Sequence record: PP968062.1
DNA: 64,000 nt
Direction: 5' to 3' (one strand)
The notes under the pieces: model-generated
The model's database searches: none
Told to the model about the DNA's origin: nothing
The model's input: only the letters and a program-made list of their open reading frames with translations
Translations under genes and position numbers: made by a program
Shown here: piece by piece, positions 45,915-54,570 of the stretch
How positions within the stretch are numbered: the first letter of the stretch is position 1
Layout: the number at the start of each line of letters is the position of its first letter

Positions 45915-46039
45915 TTCTTTTCCTCTTTGGGGTGTACCAGGAAGGTAAAGCCCGATCCATCATTGTGGATCACCAGTTCCAGAGTACCACCCGTGTTGAT
46001 GGCATGTTGCATGAGACGGTTGTAATTGATTGCGCTCAT
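45911..46039 (-). CDS. Small hypothetical protein (42 aa), below the ORF-track cutoff
   Basis: GAGG RBS; MSAINYNRLMQHAINTGGTLELVIHNDGSGFTFLVHPKEEKK; ATGA overlap with the next gene. Confidence 0.65.
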   Translation of the reverse strand: MSAINYNRLMQHAINTGGTLELVIHNDGSGFTFLVHPKEEKK

Positions 46040-46049
46040 TTGTATTTCC

Positions 46050-46271
46050 TCAGATGATGATTTCTGAAACGGGTACCACGCGAATATTCAATACAGTCGG
46101 AGATTGATGCTCGCGACTAACCGTTGCCATTATCACAGCGGGATAAGAGCAACGAATTGTGTTGGGGGAGATCATGTCCACTTTGAATTTCTGGTACATG
46201 TGTTTGATAAGTTCATGGACATCGTCATCGTTTTTTACAAGGAACAAAGAATCGGGGATCAATGTTTTCAT
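46050..46271 (-). CDS. Small hypothetical early protein
   Basis: 73 aa, first gene after an early promoter. Confidence 0.65.
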   Translation of the reverse strand: MKTLIPDSLFLVKNDDDVHELIKHMYQKFKVDMISPNTIRCSYPAVIMATVSREHQSPTVLNIRVVPVSEIII

Positions 46272-46306
46272 TTTTGGTTTTCCAAGTTTTGGGATAGTAT
46301 TCCTCT

Positions 46307-46335
46307 AGGTAATATAGATCTAAGATTATTTTTAC
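46307..46335 (-). promoter_or_regulatory. Early promoter of the phuZ operon
   Basis: Minus strand AAAAATAATCTTAGATC-TATATTAC. Confidence 0.8.
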
Positions 46336-46339
46336 TATT

Positions 46340-46610
46340 GGGTGGATGGGGCTTTGTAGCCCCACGACACCCTCTTCCAAGTTTTGCGACATAGTCGTTT
46401 TTTGTTTCCCTACCCCTGACTAAAGAATAAGGAAATTATATATGGGACCCCCCCAAAGGGTCCCCCCCACATATAATTACTATTTATATAAAAATTCTTT
46501 TAGAAGAAAAAGCTTTGAATAATGAAAATACTCTTTATTAAAGAATTCTATTCTTCTACTACAAATTACTTATGCGCGGCCCGGCCCCGCGAAAAAGAAA
46601 AAAAGAAAGC
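46340..46610. other. Non-coding AT-rich island with G/C-run hairpins (origin-like)
   Basis: No ORF; very AT-rich core flanked by GGGGCT/AGCCCC, GGGACCC/GGGTCCC and CGCGG/CCGCG inverted repeats. Confidence 0.45.
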
Positions 46611-46612
46611 AA

Positions 46613-46632
46613 CCCTCTCCCGAAGGAGAGGG
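46613..46632 (-). terminator. Hairpin terminator
   Basis: CCCTCTCC-CGAA-GGAGAGGG with long A-tracts. Confidence 0.85.
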
Positions 46633-46641
46633 CTTTATGCC

Positions 46642-47427
46642 TTAACGGTTACTTAGCTTGACCATGGAAACAAATTTATCATCCCAGGTCAGTTTGTCCA
46701 TGTCGAAGTAACGTTGAGGGTACATGGTGAAACCAACAGCCGTACCATGGTAGATGCTATCTGGATCATTCACAGCAATCACAGTAGAACGAGTGTACTC
46801 ACCTGCATAATTTTTCATTATGTGGACGAAGGACTTAATGTTCTTATTGCCTGTCAACCAAGTCATGCGACGCTGAGCTACTTCAGCGAAACGAAGAACT
46901 TCAGAACGTACCCACTGAGGATAATGGGTAACGTTGTTGTTCTCTAGAGGAACGACACGATCGACATCTTCCTCAAGATCACCGAAACTAAAACCGCTTA
47001 CCAAACCAACGATCTGGAAAAAGACTGGCTTCTCTGCCATATCGGTGATGGTTTGATACATGCCGTTACTAGTACAGGCGAAGCCACGATCTGCAAACTC
47101 ATCCATTATGTCGGTGTAAGCTCGCTGAATACGAGGTTCGATCCAGCAGCAACGGTCGACGTAATGTTTAATGAGAAGACCCTTGACGTGCTCTTTGTAA
47201 CTTTCTTCATCGAACGAAGAGTTCAGGCCACGCACGTTCAGATAAGAACGATCACGTCCTTCAAACGTAAATGTAGGCTTACTCCAGCCACTGTGGCTTT
47301 CAACGAACACACGGATGGTGTAGCTGTCCAGCGCGCCATTTCCGGTCACGTTGTACCAAATTGTGTCGAGGTGGTTCTTGGTTAAGCCGAGGTCGAGAGC
47401 ATTGAAACTGAAATCGATGTCAGACAT
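46642..47427 (-). CDS. Hypothetical early protein
   Basis: 261 aa, AGGAG RBS, own promoter. Confidence 0.75.
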   Translation of the reverse strand: MSDIDFSFNALDLGLTKNHLDTIWYNVTGNGALDSYTIRVFVESHSGWSKPTFTFEGRDRSYLNVRGLNSSFDEESYKEHVKGLLIKHYVDRCCWIEPRIQRAYTDIMDEFADRGFACTSNGMYQTITDMAEKPVFFQIVGLVSGFSFGDLEEDVDRVVPLENNNVTHYPQWVRSEVLRFAEVAQRRMTWLTGNKNIKSFVHIMKNYAGEYTRSTVIAVNDPDSIYHGTAVGFTMYPQRYFDMDKLTWDDKFVSMVKLSNR

Positions 47428-47460
47428 TGTAGACTCCTGTTAGGGGATGGAATATCACTA

Positions 47461-47482
47461 CTGTAATGTAGATCTAAAAACA
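47461..47482 (-). promoter_or_regulatory. Early promoter variant
   Basis: Minus strand TTTTTAGATC-TACATTAC-AG. Confidence 0.6.
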
Positions 47483-47495
47483 AATACAACATAAA

Positions 47496-47513
47496 GCCTC
47501 CCCGAAGGGAGGC
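47496..47513 (-). terminator. Hairpin terminator
   Basis: GCCTCCC-CGAA-GGGAGGC. Confidence 0.8.
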
Positions 47514-47520
47514 GTTTATA

Positions 47521-47826
47521 TTACTCGATTTCAACCCAAGGGCGAAGATCCATTACGGTCGGAGCAGCTTTCTTGATGTAAGCCAGAATAGCAGCTTTAT
47601 CAACAGTAGGCTTCAAAGCAATACCAATTACGATACTGTCTTTGTTACGAACTAGTTTACGGACCTGGTTGCTCTCCAGACGCTGTTCTTCGAAGAACAG
47701 TTTACTGGGGAAGGGTAAGTCATAGGGAAGCTGGAAAAGCTTATGTAGGACCATTGGAACGGTTTCCAGAGGGGTACCTAGTTCAGCTTTGATTTCTTCC
47801 AGAGTAACTTCAAATTGCGTAGCCAT
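47521..47826 (-). CDS. Hypothetical protein
   Basis: 101 aa, AAGGA RBS. Confidence 0.7.
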   Translation of the reverse strand: MATQFEVTLEEIKAELGTPLETVPMVLHKLFQLPYDLPFPSKLFFEEQRLESNQVRKLVRNKDSIVIGIALKPTVDKAAILAYIKKAAPTVMDLRPWVEIE

Positions 47827-47835
47827 ATCAAATCC

Positions 47836-48603
47836 TTAGATTGTGTAGTATTCGTGATAACGACGAAGCTTATCGTCATCCAGAGCGATCTCTTGATAAC
47901 TGATAGTGATCTTCATGTGGTTCCACGGAGAACGGAATGCACGACCCGTTAGGGATACTTCACGATAGTCATTTACTTTTTCATCGACCACGGATTCCTC
48001 GAATACAACACCGAGCTTACCGAAACGTTTAATGAGCAGTTCAATGGACCGACCCAGTTCACCAGGAACATCAGGGAACTCAGTAGCAGATGCAATACGG
48101 GGCATTACTACCGGACCGTCTTCAACTTCGTAATTAACTTTGAATACAACTACGCCGAGATCGGTTTTGATGGGACGGAAAATCCGATAGCCGTCTTTAT
48201 TTAGACGCAGAGTGTAACCGTCATCAGGATATGCTTCTTGTAAAGCCTCTAGATGATCCTCCAGTGCACGAACGATACTCCGGTTGTACCGTAGCTCCCT
48301 TTCTCGGTAATCGCGTTCAAACGCTTCTTGGGGGCCTTCTTTTGTGAATTCTTTTACGACCGTATATTCGATTGTCTCACCAGTCAAGTGATCAGTGATA
48401 ATAAACAAATAGGTCATCGCATCGACCAGAGAGTGTTGGACACTGTACCGTTTTACGTCACACGGGACTGCGTCTGCACGCTCTTCTTTGAGATAGTCAA
48501 ACATGTCTTTGAGATGAGCCCATACGTCACAATTCGTACCGAGCCCATCGATGTCAATAGACGTATCTGGAACTTCTCTTTTAGCGCAGCAACTCATACG
48601 CAC
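47836..48603 (-). CDS. Hypothetical protein
   Basis: 255 aa, GAGGT RBS. Confidence 0.7.
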   Translation of the reverse strand: MRMSCCAKREVPDTSIDIDGLGTNCDVWAHLKDMFDYLKEERADAVPCDVKRYSVQHSLVDAMTYLFIITDHLTGETIEYTVVKEFTKEGPQEAFERDYRERELRYNRSIVRALEDHLEALQEAYPDDGYTLRLNKDGYRIFRPIKTDLGVVVFKVNYEVEDGPVVMPRIASATEFPDVPGELGRSIELLIKRFGKLGVVFEESVVDEKVNDYREVSLTGRAFRSPWNHMKITISYQEIALDDDKLRRYHEYYTI

Positions 48604-48654
48604 CTCTATAATGGTATTTAGCTTTCACATGATAAAAGAAAAAGGCGACATATA

Positions 48655-48674
48655 GCCTCTCCCGAAGGAGAGGC
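48655..48674 (-). terminator. Hairpin terminator
   Basis: GCCTCTCC-CGAA-GGAGAGGC. Confidence 0.8.
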
Positions 48675-48684
48675 CAATGCCAGG

Positions 48685-49032
48685 TTAGGACTTCACCTGT
48701 TCATCCAGGGAAGCAAGAAACTTCTCCCAAGCGGGGTAAACCCCATCAAGGTAGTAGCTATTCTGAGTAGTCTTTTTCAGGGACTCTACGGAACATTCTT
48801 CAGGATCCCATTGATTATCGCCACCGCTACCAGGACTGAGTCCATAGCAGCTGCAATGTGAACCGTGGACTTCGTAGTACTTACCATCGCGCTCAAAGAG
48901 CACGAAGGCATGACCCGTGTAATCCTCGTATTCATACCACGCAAAAAGAATGGTAGCGTTATCAAGTTCACCGTTAATCAGGCCAAACTCAGAAATTACA
49001 TCTTGCTCACTTTCAAAAATACCGAAGTACAT
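48685..49032 (-). CDS. Hypothetical protein with an HGSHCSCYG motif
   Basis: ORF track 48685..49110; AAGGTG RBS favours ATG 49032 (115 aa). Confidence 0.7.
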   Translation of the reverse strand: MYFGIFESEQDVISEFGLINGELDNATILFAWYEYEDYTGHAFVLFERDGKYYEVHGSHCSCYGLSPGSGGDNQWDPEECSVESLKKTTQNSYYLDGVYPAWEKFLASLDEQVKS

Positions 49033-49137
49033 GATTTCACCTTTATGTTGTCTTTGCGGAATGCAAACGCTTTGCATCGTTCGTGCAAGATAGACAACAG
49101 GGAAATCCAACCTGTATTAAATACTAGACATCAGTAT

Positions 49138-49524
49138 TTATTCATCATCAAATTCGATGACTAAACCAATTTTCTCGTAGAGTGAGATCGCTGCCTCATT
49201 CTCTTTGTGGACAACTACTTTCTTAGCTTGGGTGTACCGTACCAGCTGTTCGCCATATCCCATGCCTTGAGCTGACTCTGCAATGTACAGACAGTCTAAA
49301 TGCATTTCAGGAATATAGACGATTGCATAACCACGAAGATCACCATCAAACCAAATACCGTAGGCTTTCCTAGACTGAGCGAAAGCCTTATTGGTTAACA
49401 ACGTTCGGATATTGCCTTTGTAATCAAGCAATGATTCCAGATAGTCAGGGAGGACAACTAGTGTCCTCTCGACTTCTATGAACTCACCGATTACCTCATG
49501 TCGAATCTCACCGATCTCTAACAT
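49138..49524 (-). CDS. GNAT-family acetyltransferase
   Basis: 128 aa; LDCLYIAESAQGMGYG (acetyl-CoA motif A) and NEAAISLYEKIG (motif B). Confidence 0.85.
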   Translation of the reverse strand: MLEIGEIRHEVIGEFIEVERTLVVLPDYLESLLDYKGNIRTLLTNKAFAQSRKAYGIWFDGDLRGYAIVYIPEMHLDCLYIAESAQGMGYGEQLVRYTQAKKVVVHKENEAAISLYEKIGLVIEFDDE

Positions 49525-49527
49525 GGA

Positions 49528-50151
49528 TTACCCAAAGATCTTGACGAACGCCTCCGGCCAAAGCATGGTCGGGAAATCAGCGCCGTTCAGTTCAATAACC
49601 AAAAGACCGCGTTCCAGCTTAAGCCGGATGATATCGGTCTCATCCATTTCGCGTTCAGCTACATTTGCCATGTAGGCAAACACAGCTTCGTTCGGAACCA
49701 TGTAAGTCCCATCCACATATGCCTTTACAACCAGCAGGAAGTTCTGGCAACGGATGTAATAGGTTTCACTGAGTTCATCATAGCAGAACCGAGCACGGAA
49801 TGCCTCACGTTGATACATGGAGTTAATCAGTGCCTCGATATGGCCAATTACAGCCATAGCCTTCATCACAGTGAAGTGAGTGTGATTCGTACTCATCCAG
49901 ATCCGATGAACTTCAGTGGGAGTCAGATCAACAGCGGACATCGGAATCTCGACAGCCGAACTATCGTAGACTTCAATACAGTCGTTGGTGTACTCACCAT
50001 TAACCATGAAGCGGAAGACGTTACCGTCAGCTTCATATTCCCACTGCCGACCTTTCGAGCGAACCAATCCATCCAGAGTTTGAGCAACGATATCAGACTT
50101 GCTAGGGGACTTGAAGATTACTTCCGGGAAATGCAGAGCGGGCTGGGACAT
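49528..50151 (-). CDS. Hypothetical protein
   Basis: 207 aa, AAGGAG RBS. Confidence 0.7.
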   Translation of the reverse strand: MSQPALHFPEVIFKSPSKSDIVAQTLDGLVRSKGRQWEYEADGNVFRFMVNGEYTNDCIEVYDSSAVEIPMSAVDLTPTEVHRIWMSTNHTHFTVMKAMAVIGHIEALINSMYQREAFRARFCYDELSETYYIRCQNFLLVVKAYVDGTYMVPNEAVFAYMANVAEREMDETDIIRLKLERGLLVIELNGADFPTMLWPEAFVKIFG

Positions 50152-50160
50152 GATAACTCC

Positions 50161-51165
50161 TTAGAAATCGACAGTGATGGTTACTTCGTCTTTGTTATCG
50201 TCAATAGCACGAAGACTGATGATGGTTTCGTTATGACGAACGGAGCGAGAGATCGATACCAGTTTAGTGGCACCGAGGGCATGGAGTGTATCCATGATTT
50301 CTTTGGCGCTAACCAGAGGAGCTTTGTCCATGTAACTGGTCAGCAATACTTCGGTGCGTTCCAGAGTGAGAGGTTCAACGAATGCGGTCTGTTGATCAAT
50401 CGATTGGTAGTAGCCGAATTGACAGATGACGTACTTACGTTTCAGGATACCATCCACCTGACTAACCACGTCTACGCGACGATGCGAGTAGTTATAGTTT
50501 TCCAGAACGTACAGGTTATCCGGATACAGGGGAGCCAGCTTATCAACGAAACCATTTGCAGCTTCACCGATAGTTGAGTCGAGGTGCAACATGACATCAT
50601 CACTAGCGTAGTCGATATTGATCTTAGCGTAAGGCTTGGCATCAACAGTACGATTTGCTTGTTGTTCGGAATGCAGGTAATTCAGTGTATAGCCTTTATC
50701 AGCTACTTCGCTGGATACCTTAGCCAGTAGCGTCAGAAGCTCGCTACCCGCCGGACTCTTTTCAGCGTACTCGGCATAAAGCATAGCCAGCTCTTTGCTC
50801 ACCGATACCTTAGAGAAGTCAACCGAACGAATGATGACGGCATTGCTGGTATTGCGATAAGGTTCGTAATAACCATCCTCTTCACCAAAACCACCGTAGC
50901 CATTACCGTACTTACGAACGATGCCAATGGAACCGATCATCTTGCGAGTGTTGAGATCAAAGATATATTGATTCAGTCTCGGGCACTGGTTTACAGAGAT
51001 AACCGATTGTTCGTAGCCAGTGTTGTACCAGTCGCTCACCAACAGGTTACCATGGATACCAGGTTCGACCAGATCAAGGCCAATGAACTTAGCCGACCAA
51101 TTTGCCCAGGTGAATTTGGGCTCTTCACGTTTTACAGCTTCTTCTTTTACAACAACATTGGACAT
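50161..51165 (-). CDS. Hypothetical early protein
   Basis: 334 aa, GAGG RBS, first gene after an early promoter. Confidence 0.75.
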   Translation of the reverse strand: MSNVVVKEEAVKREEPKFTWANWSAKFIGLDLVEPGIHGNLLVSDWYNTGYEQSVISVNQCPRLNQYIFDLNTRKMIGSIGIVRKYGNGYGGFGEEDGYYEPYRNTSNAVIIRSVDFSKVSVSKELAMLYAEYAEKSPAGSELLTLLAKVSSEVADKGYTLNYLHSEQQANRTVDAKPYAKINIDYASDDVMLHLDSTIGEAANGFVDKLAPLYPDNLYVLENYNYSHRRVDVVSQVDGILKRKYVICQFGYYQSIDQQTAFVEPLTLERTEVLLTSYMDKAPLVSAKEIMDTLHALGATKLVSISRSVRHNETIISLRAIDDNKDEVTITVDF

Positions 51166-51202
51166 AACACAAAACCTCTTTTAACGGATTGATTTAGCTT
51201 GC

Positions 51203-51232
51203 ATGTAATATAGATCTAAGATAATTTTTAGC
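51203..51232 (-). promoter_or_regulatory. Early promoter
   Basis: Minus strand AAAAATTATCTTAGATC-TATATTAC. Confidence 0.8.
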
Positions 51233-51264
51233 GCAATGATCTGATTAATCCAAGAGGTATAGCC

Positions 51265-52509
51265 ATGGCTCTCACTATCCGTCAAGTTCTTGACAAGCAT
51301 TTCGAAGATGTCAAGTTTGACCGAGACCTCTGTAAACGAATCATCGACTACACAGTCCGTTACATGAACCGTAACGAAGATCACTCGGCCTTCTTTGGTG
51401 GAGTGTTACTAGGTGTTCAGGAAGTTCGCTTCTATGATACTGACCGTGAAATTTGGTTTGATGACGTGCTACGTGTAGATGACGATCTACTCCGTCACGA
51501 CTTCGTTAAAGCAGAAGGGATCGATCCTACTCACATTGTGGCATCTGACCCGTTCAACCATATTCCCGGCTACTTGACTATTCAACTGAATAAACGTAAC
51601 GATATTCCGTTGAACATCAAACAAGAAGCTATTACCTGTGCTTTCATGGTACTGCACTTTAAGTACCTGACTTCGTTGTTGGTCCGTCGTTTCAAATACC
51701 CGGCTAAGCGTGAAGTGGCAGAGGCTACGTTTGCTGCTCTCAACTACAAATTCGACATCAAAGCGATCGGTAGTTGGGGTAAGTTGATTCGCGAGCGTTC
51801 TGAAGGTATCTCCTCGAACGACACGTCTAACATCTACTACTCTTATCTCCACGATAAGCAAGAAGACAAAGACGGTTATATGTCTAAGCGGGTAGTAACC
51901 GATACTCAGTCCCGTATTCGTGAACTGATCAACAAGTACTACGAAGTTTATATCCGTACCCTGCAATCCGGTGCAAAGTTGGTTATGACTTCTGACGTTG
52001 GCGTTAACACTGACGGTGATCAAATCCTTCGTGATAAGATCAACGGTTATTCTGGTTATCTACGTTACATGCATGGCGTGGTTAACAACGAACAGAACTT
52101 CATCCGTCCTGAGCTCTTAGGTGTAATCGAAAACTCGATGGCGGCAATGCCACCTAAGCTACTGGTCGAATCTCTTCAGTACATGTCCCGTAACTACGGT
52201 CAACCCCGTATGGGACACTTGGAGAAACTAGTAGATGAGTGCTTGCTGTATGCATTCGATTACATGCAGTCCATTAAGACCTCTGTACAGCGCAATACAG
52301 ACCTGAACGGCATCATCGTGAAGATCCGTGCCAAACTCATGGCATCGCGCTCTGAGGACCCTCGGGTGCTCTTTATGAGGGATACGGGAGAGGCTATGGT
52401 CAAGGAAGCTACGAAGATTAAGAACCCTGCTGTAATCGCAGCAACCCGTACAGGTATCATGCTGTACATTATCCTTCGTGCAATGACCCGCAACTACTAC
52501 TCCCGATAA
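51265..52509 (+). CDS. Conserved virion structural protein (phiKZ gp32 position)
   Basis: 414 aa, GAGGT RBS, plus strand near the tail tube and sheath genes; synteny. Confidence 0.65.
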   Translation: MALTIRQVLDKHFEDVKFDRDLCKRIIDYTVRYMNRNEDHSAFFGGVLLGVQEVRFYDTDREIWFDDVLRVDDDLLRHDFVKAEGIDPTHIVASDPFNHIPGYLTIQLNKRNDIPLNIKQEAITCAFMVLHFKYLTSLLVRRFKYPAKREVAEATFAALNYKFDIKAIGSWGKLIRERSEGISSNDTSNIYYSYLHDKQEDKDGYMSKRVVTDTQSRIRELINKYYEVYIRTLQSGAKLVMTSDVGVNTDGDQILRDKINGYSGYLRYMHGVVNNEQNFIRPELLGVIENSMAAMPPKLLVESLQYMSRNYGQPRMGHLEKLVDECLLYAFDYMQSIKTSVQRNTDLNGIIVKIRAKLMASRSEDPRVLFMRDTGEAMVKEATKIKNPAVIAATRTGIMLYIILRAMTRNYYSR

Positions 52510-52527
52510 AAAGAAAAATGACATATT

Positions 52528-52549
52528 GCCCTCTCCCGAAGGAGAGGGC
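52528..52549. terminator. Bidirectional hairpin terminator
   Basis: GCCCTCTCC-CGAA-GGAGAGGGC, identical to 4978-4999. Confidence 0.85.
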
Positions 52550-52557
52550 TTATGCCG

Positions 52558-52773
52558 CTACTTGAACAAGTGATCTGCCAGGATAATGATAAACAAAGCA
52601 AGGCCAGTGTTACGACCCCCTTTGAATATACGTACCCACCACTTGGACTTCCTCAAAGTAACTTTATCACGCTGATCAACTTTCTCTTGACGATACTGCT
52701 TCTTGGAGAACAGGTATCCGATGTTCAGGATCATGCTAACCATAAACAGTCCAGACAATCCGACAGCAACCAT
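52558..52773 (-). CDS. Small membrane protein (2 TM, basic loop)
   Basis: 71 aa, coupled to the upstream stop (TAATG). Confidence 0.6.
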   Translation of the reverse strand: MVAVGLSGLFMVSMILNIGYLFSKKQYRQEKVDQRDKVTLRKSKWWVRIFKGGRNTGLALFIIILADHLFK

Positions 52774-52976
52774 TAGTTGTTGTAATCGATTACAGAAGCT
52801 AACAGATCAGCGGCAGTCCGATCGTCAGCGTTCCATAGTTTATCACACCACTCCTTATCTTCAGGGTTGGTGATCTTGTGGAGTTCCATGTGGTTATGGA
52901 ATGCTTGTCCCCAACGTTGAGACTTGTCGGGGTTGGTGAACGTAGCCAGACGGCTATAGGGAATTGTTATTGCCAT
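52773..52976 (-). CDS. Small hypothetical protein with an RxGQAxxN motif
   Basis: 67 aa; QRWGQAFHN. Confidence 0.7.
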   Translation of the reverse strand: MAITIPYSRLATFTNPDKSQRWGQAFHNHMELHKITNPEDKEWCDKLWNADDRTAADLLASVIDYNN

Positions 52977-52979
52977 AAC

Positions 52980-53345
52980 TCACCGTATGCATTTAAGGGA
53001 ACGTTTGGTCTGTTCACTCAGAGGACCAGAACAATCATTGGTCTTCATGGCGATCAGGGTTTGGTAGAACTCGGTCAGCATCGGACGATAGAAATCGATT
53101 TCCTCCACAGTGAACTTACCCGCGGGGAAAGCGATCGTGTAACCGTCTTTCGGTTGACCGTCATATTCGGTGAACAGATCACCATTGTCAACGTAGTTGC
53201 AGATACCCTGGTTACAGTAGATCAGATCAGAACTGTCTACCATCTCGGCGTACAGTTGAGCATCGTATTCCACCGGATTGAACGGGTTAGCTACAGCAGC
53301 TTGCATTGCGATGGCGGATACTACAGCGATGATCAGTTTACGCAT
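52980..53345 (-). CDS. Putative secreted or periplasmic protein
   Basis: 121 aa; signal peptide MRKLIIAVVSAIAMQAAVA-NP; four cysteines. Confidence 0.7.
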   Translation of the reverse strand: MRKLIIAVVSAIAMQAAVANPFNPVEYDAQLYAEMVDSSDLIYCNQGICNYVDNGDLFTEYDGQPKDGYTIAFPAGKFTVEEIDFYRPMLTEFYQTLIAMKTNDCSGPLSEQTKRSLKCIR

Positions 53346-53357
53346 TTTGTTTAGTCC

Positions 53358-53717
53358 TTACTTGGCAGTCTTGAAGTGGTTGATTACAGCGTTGATCAAC
53401 ATCTCTTCGATGTCGACCTTCTTGTACTGAGGTTCCGAGTTCTCGTCTTCTTCCATATCCCAGTAGATAGTGGCACGCAGCAACGCGGGTGCTGTGAAAC
53501 GAATGATCTTACCGGTAGCATCGAACTCTACGCTGAACATGGCGTATTGCTCAGAGGTACCGTCTCTGTAGAAGATGAACGCTCCGCCGAAAGTACGAAT
53601 CTCCAGTTCACCGAACTTGCTGATACGGACTTGTCCATCGAAGTACTCGCTCTTGACGCGCATGTTGTCTTCGATAACGGTGAACAGTTCTTTGAGAAGC
53701 TCCTGGTTGAGTTGCAT
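53358..53717 (-). CDS. Hypothetical early protein
   Basis: 119 aa, AGGAG RBS, after an early promoter. Confidence 0.75.
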   Translation of the reverse strand: MQLNQELLKELFTVIEDNMRVKSEYFDGQVRISKFGELEIRTFGGAFIFYRDGTSEQYAMFSVEFDATGKIIRFTAPALLRATIYWDMEEDENSEPQYKKVDIEEMLINAVINHFKTAK

Positions 53718-53749
53718 TCGTAGACTCCTATTGGGGTATTGAATTCACA

Positions 53750-53784
53750 TTTGTAATATAGTCTTTAAATAGACTTCAATGTAA
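53750..53784 (-). promoter_or_regulatory. Early promoter cassette
   Basis: Minus strand TTACATTGAAGTCTATTTAAAGAC-TATATTAC-AAA. Confidence 0.8.
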
Positions 53785-53794
53785 GACGACATAA

Positions 53795-53815
53795 AGCCCA
53801 CCCGAAGGATGGGCT
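53795..53815 (-). terminator. Hairpin terminator
   Basis: AGCCCA-CC-CGAA-GG-A-TGGGCT. Confidence 0.75.
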
Positions 53816-53821
53816 TGTTGA

Positions 53822-54460
53822 TCAACGAGTACTGTAGTACTTGTAGATCAGACTGTAGTTACCGCCCTGCTGCTTGGCAGTGCGATCCAGCGCCTCGCAT
53901 TCGGCTTTGCCGTTGCGATAGACTGCCGAATCATCACTGTAGCTGTAGTACCAGTCGGCCTTCTTGCAGTGTTCTTCGAACACCTGCTCGTCCTCGGTGA
54001 GGACACCCCAGTTCTGGGTGGCTTTGACTGGTTCCACAGGAGCCGGCTTGGGAGCCGCCAGCTCTTGTTGCAGCTTGGCGATATCGTTGGCGTACACACG
54101 CGCAGCGAAATACCCAGCCTTGTCGGACCGACCGCGGGCTTCATAGCGCACCCGCATGCCATCCAGCCCATAGACCCGAATCCCATCCACCGAGGTCACT
54201 CCCATGAAGTGACCCTCGTGCAGAGAGACGCGGTCATTGAACCGGATCATGCGGCGACCATCCACCGTCCCCACGAAGTTCTGGGTGGACTTAGCCACGG
54301 CCTCGAACAGCGTGCTGCCGACATCGAAACACGCATGGTCAACGCTGTCCAGCAACCCGTAGACCAGCAGGGCAGTCGTCTCACAGGCGACTACCTCGCA
54401 TGCAGGGGCATAGGCCAGAACTTCTTGTTGCAGGGCCAGCAGTTCGTGTTTGTAGATCAT
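53822..54460 (-). CDS. GC-rich hypothetical protein, apparently a two-domain fusion
   Basis: 212 aa; about 57-65% GC in the lines I counted; C-terminal DWYYSYSDD motif; AGGAG RBS. Confidence 0.75.
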   Translation of the reverse strand: MIYKHELLALQQEVLAYAPACEVVACETTALLVYGLLDSVDHACFDVGSTLFEAVAKSTQNFVGTVDGRRMIRFNDRVSLHEGHFMGVTSVDGIRVYGLDGMRVRYEARGRSDKAGYFAARVYANDIAKLQQELAAPKPAPVEPVKATQNWGVLTEDEQVFEEHCKKADWYYSYSDDSAVYRNGKAECEALDRTAKQQGGNYSLIYKYYSTR

Positions 54461-54524
54461 GGTATTCTCCTATTGAGTTTGAAAAGCCAACCATTTGGCC
54501 TTTTCTAATGGGGTATTGATCACC

Positions 54525-54559
54525 TTTGTAATATAGCCTTTAAATTGGTTTGAATGTAA
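54525..54559 (-). promoter_or_regulatory. Early promoter cassette (identical to 41151-41185)
   Basis: 35 bp exact repeat containing TATATTAC. Confidence 0.85.
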
Positions 54560-54570
54560 GACGGCATAAA

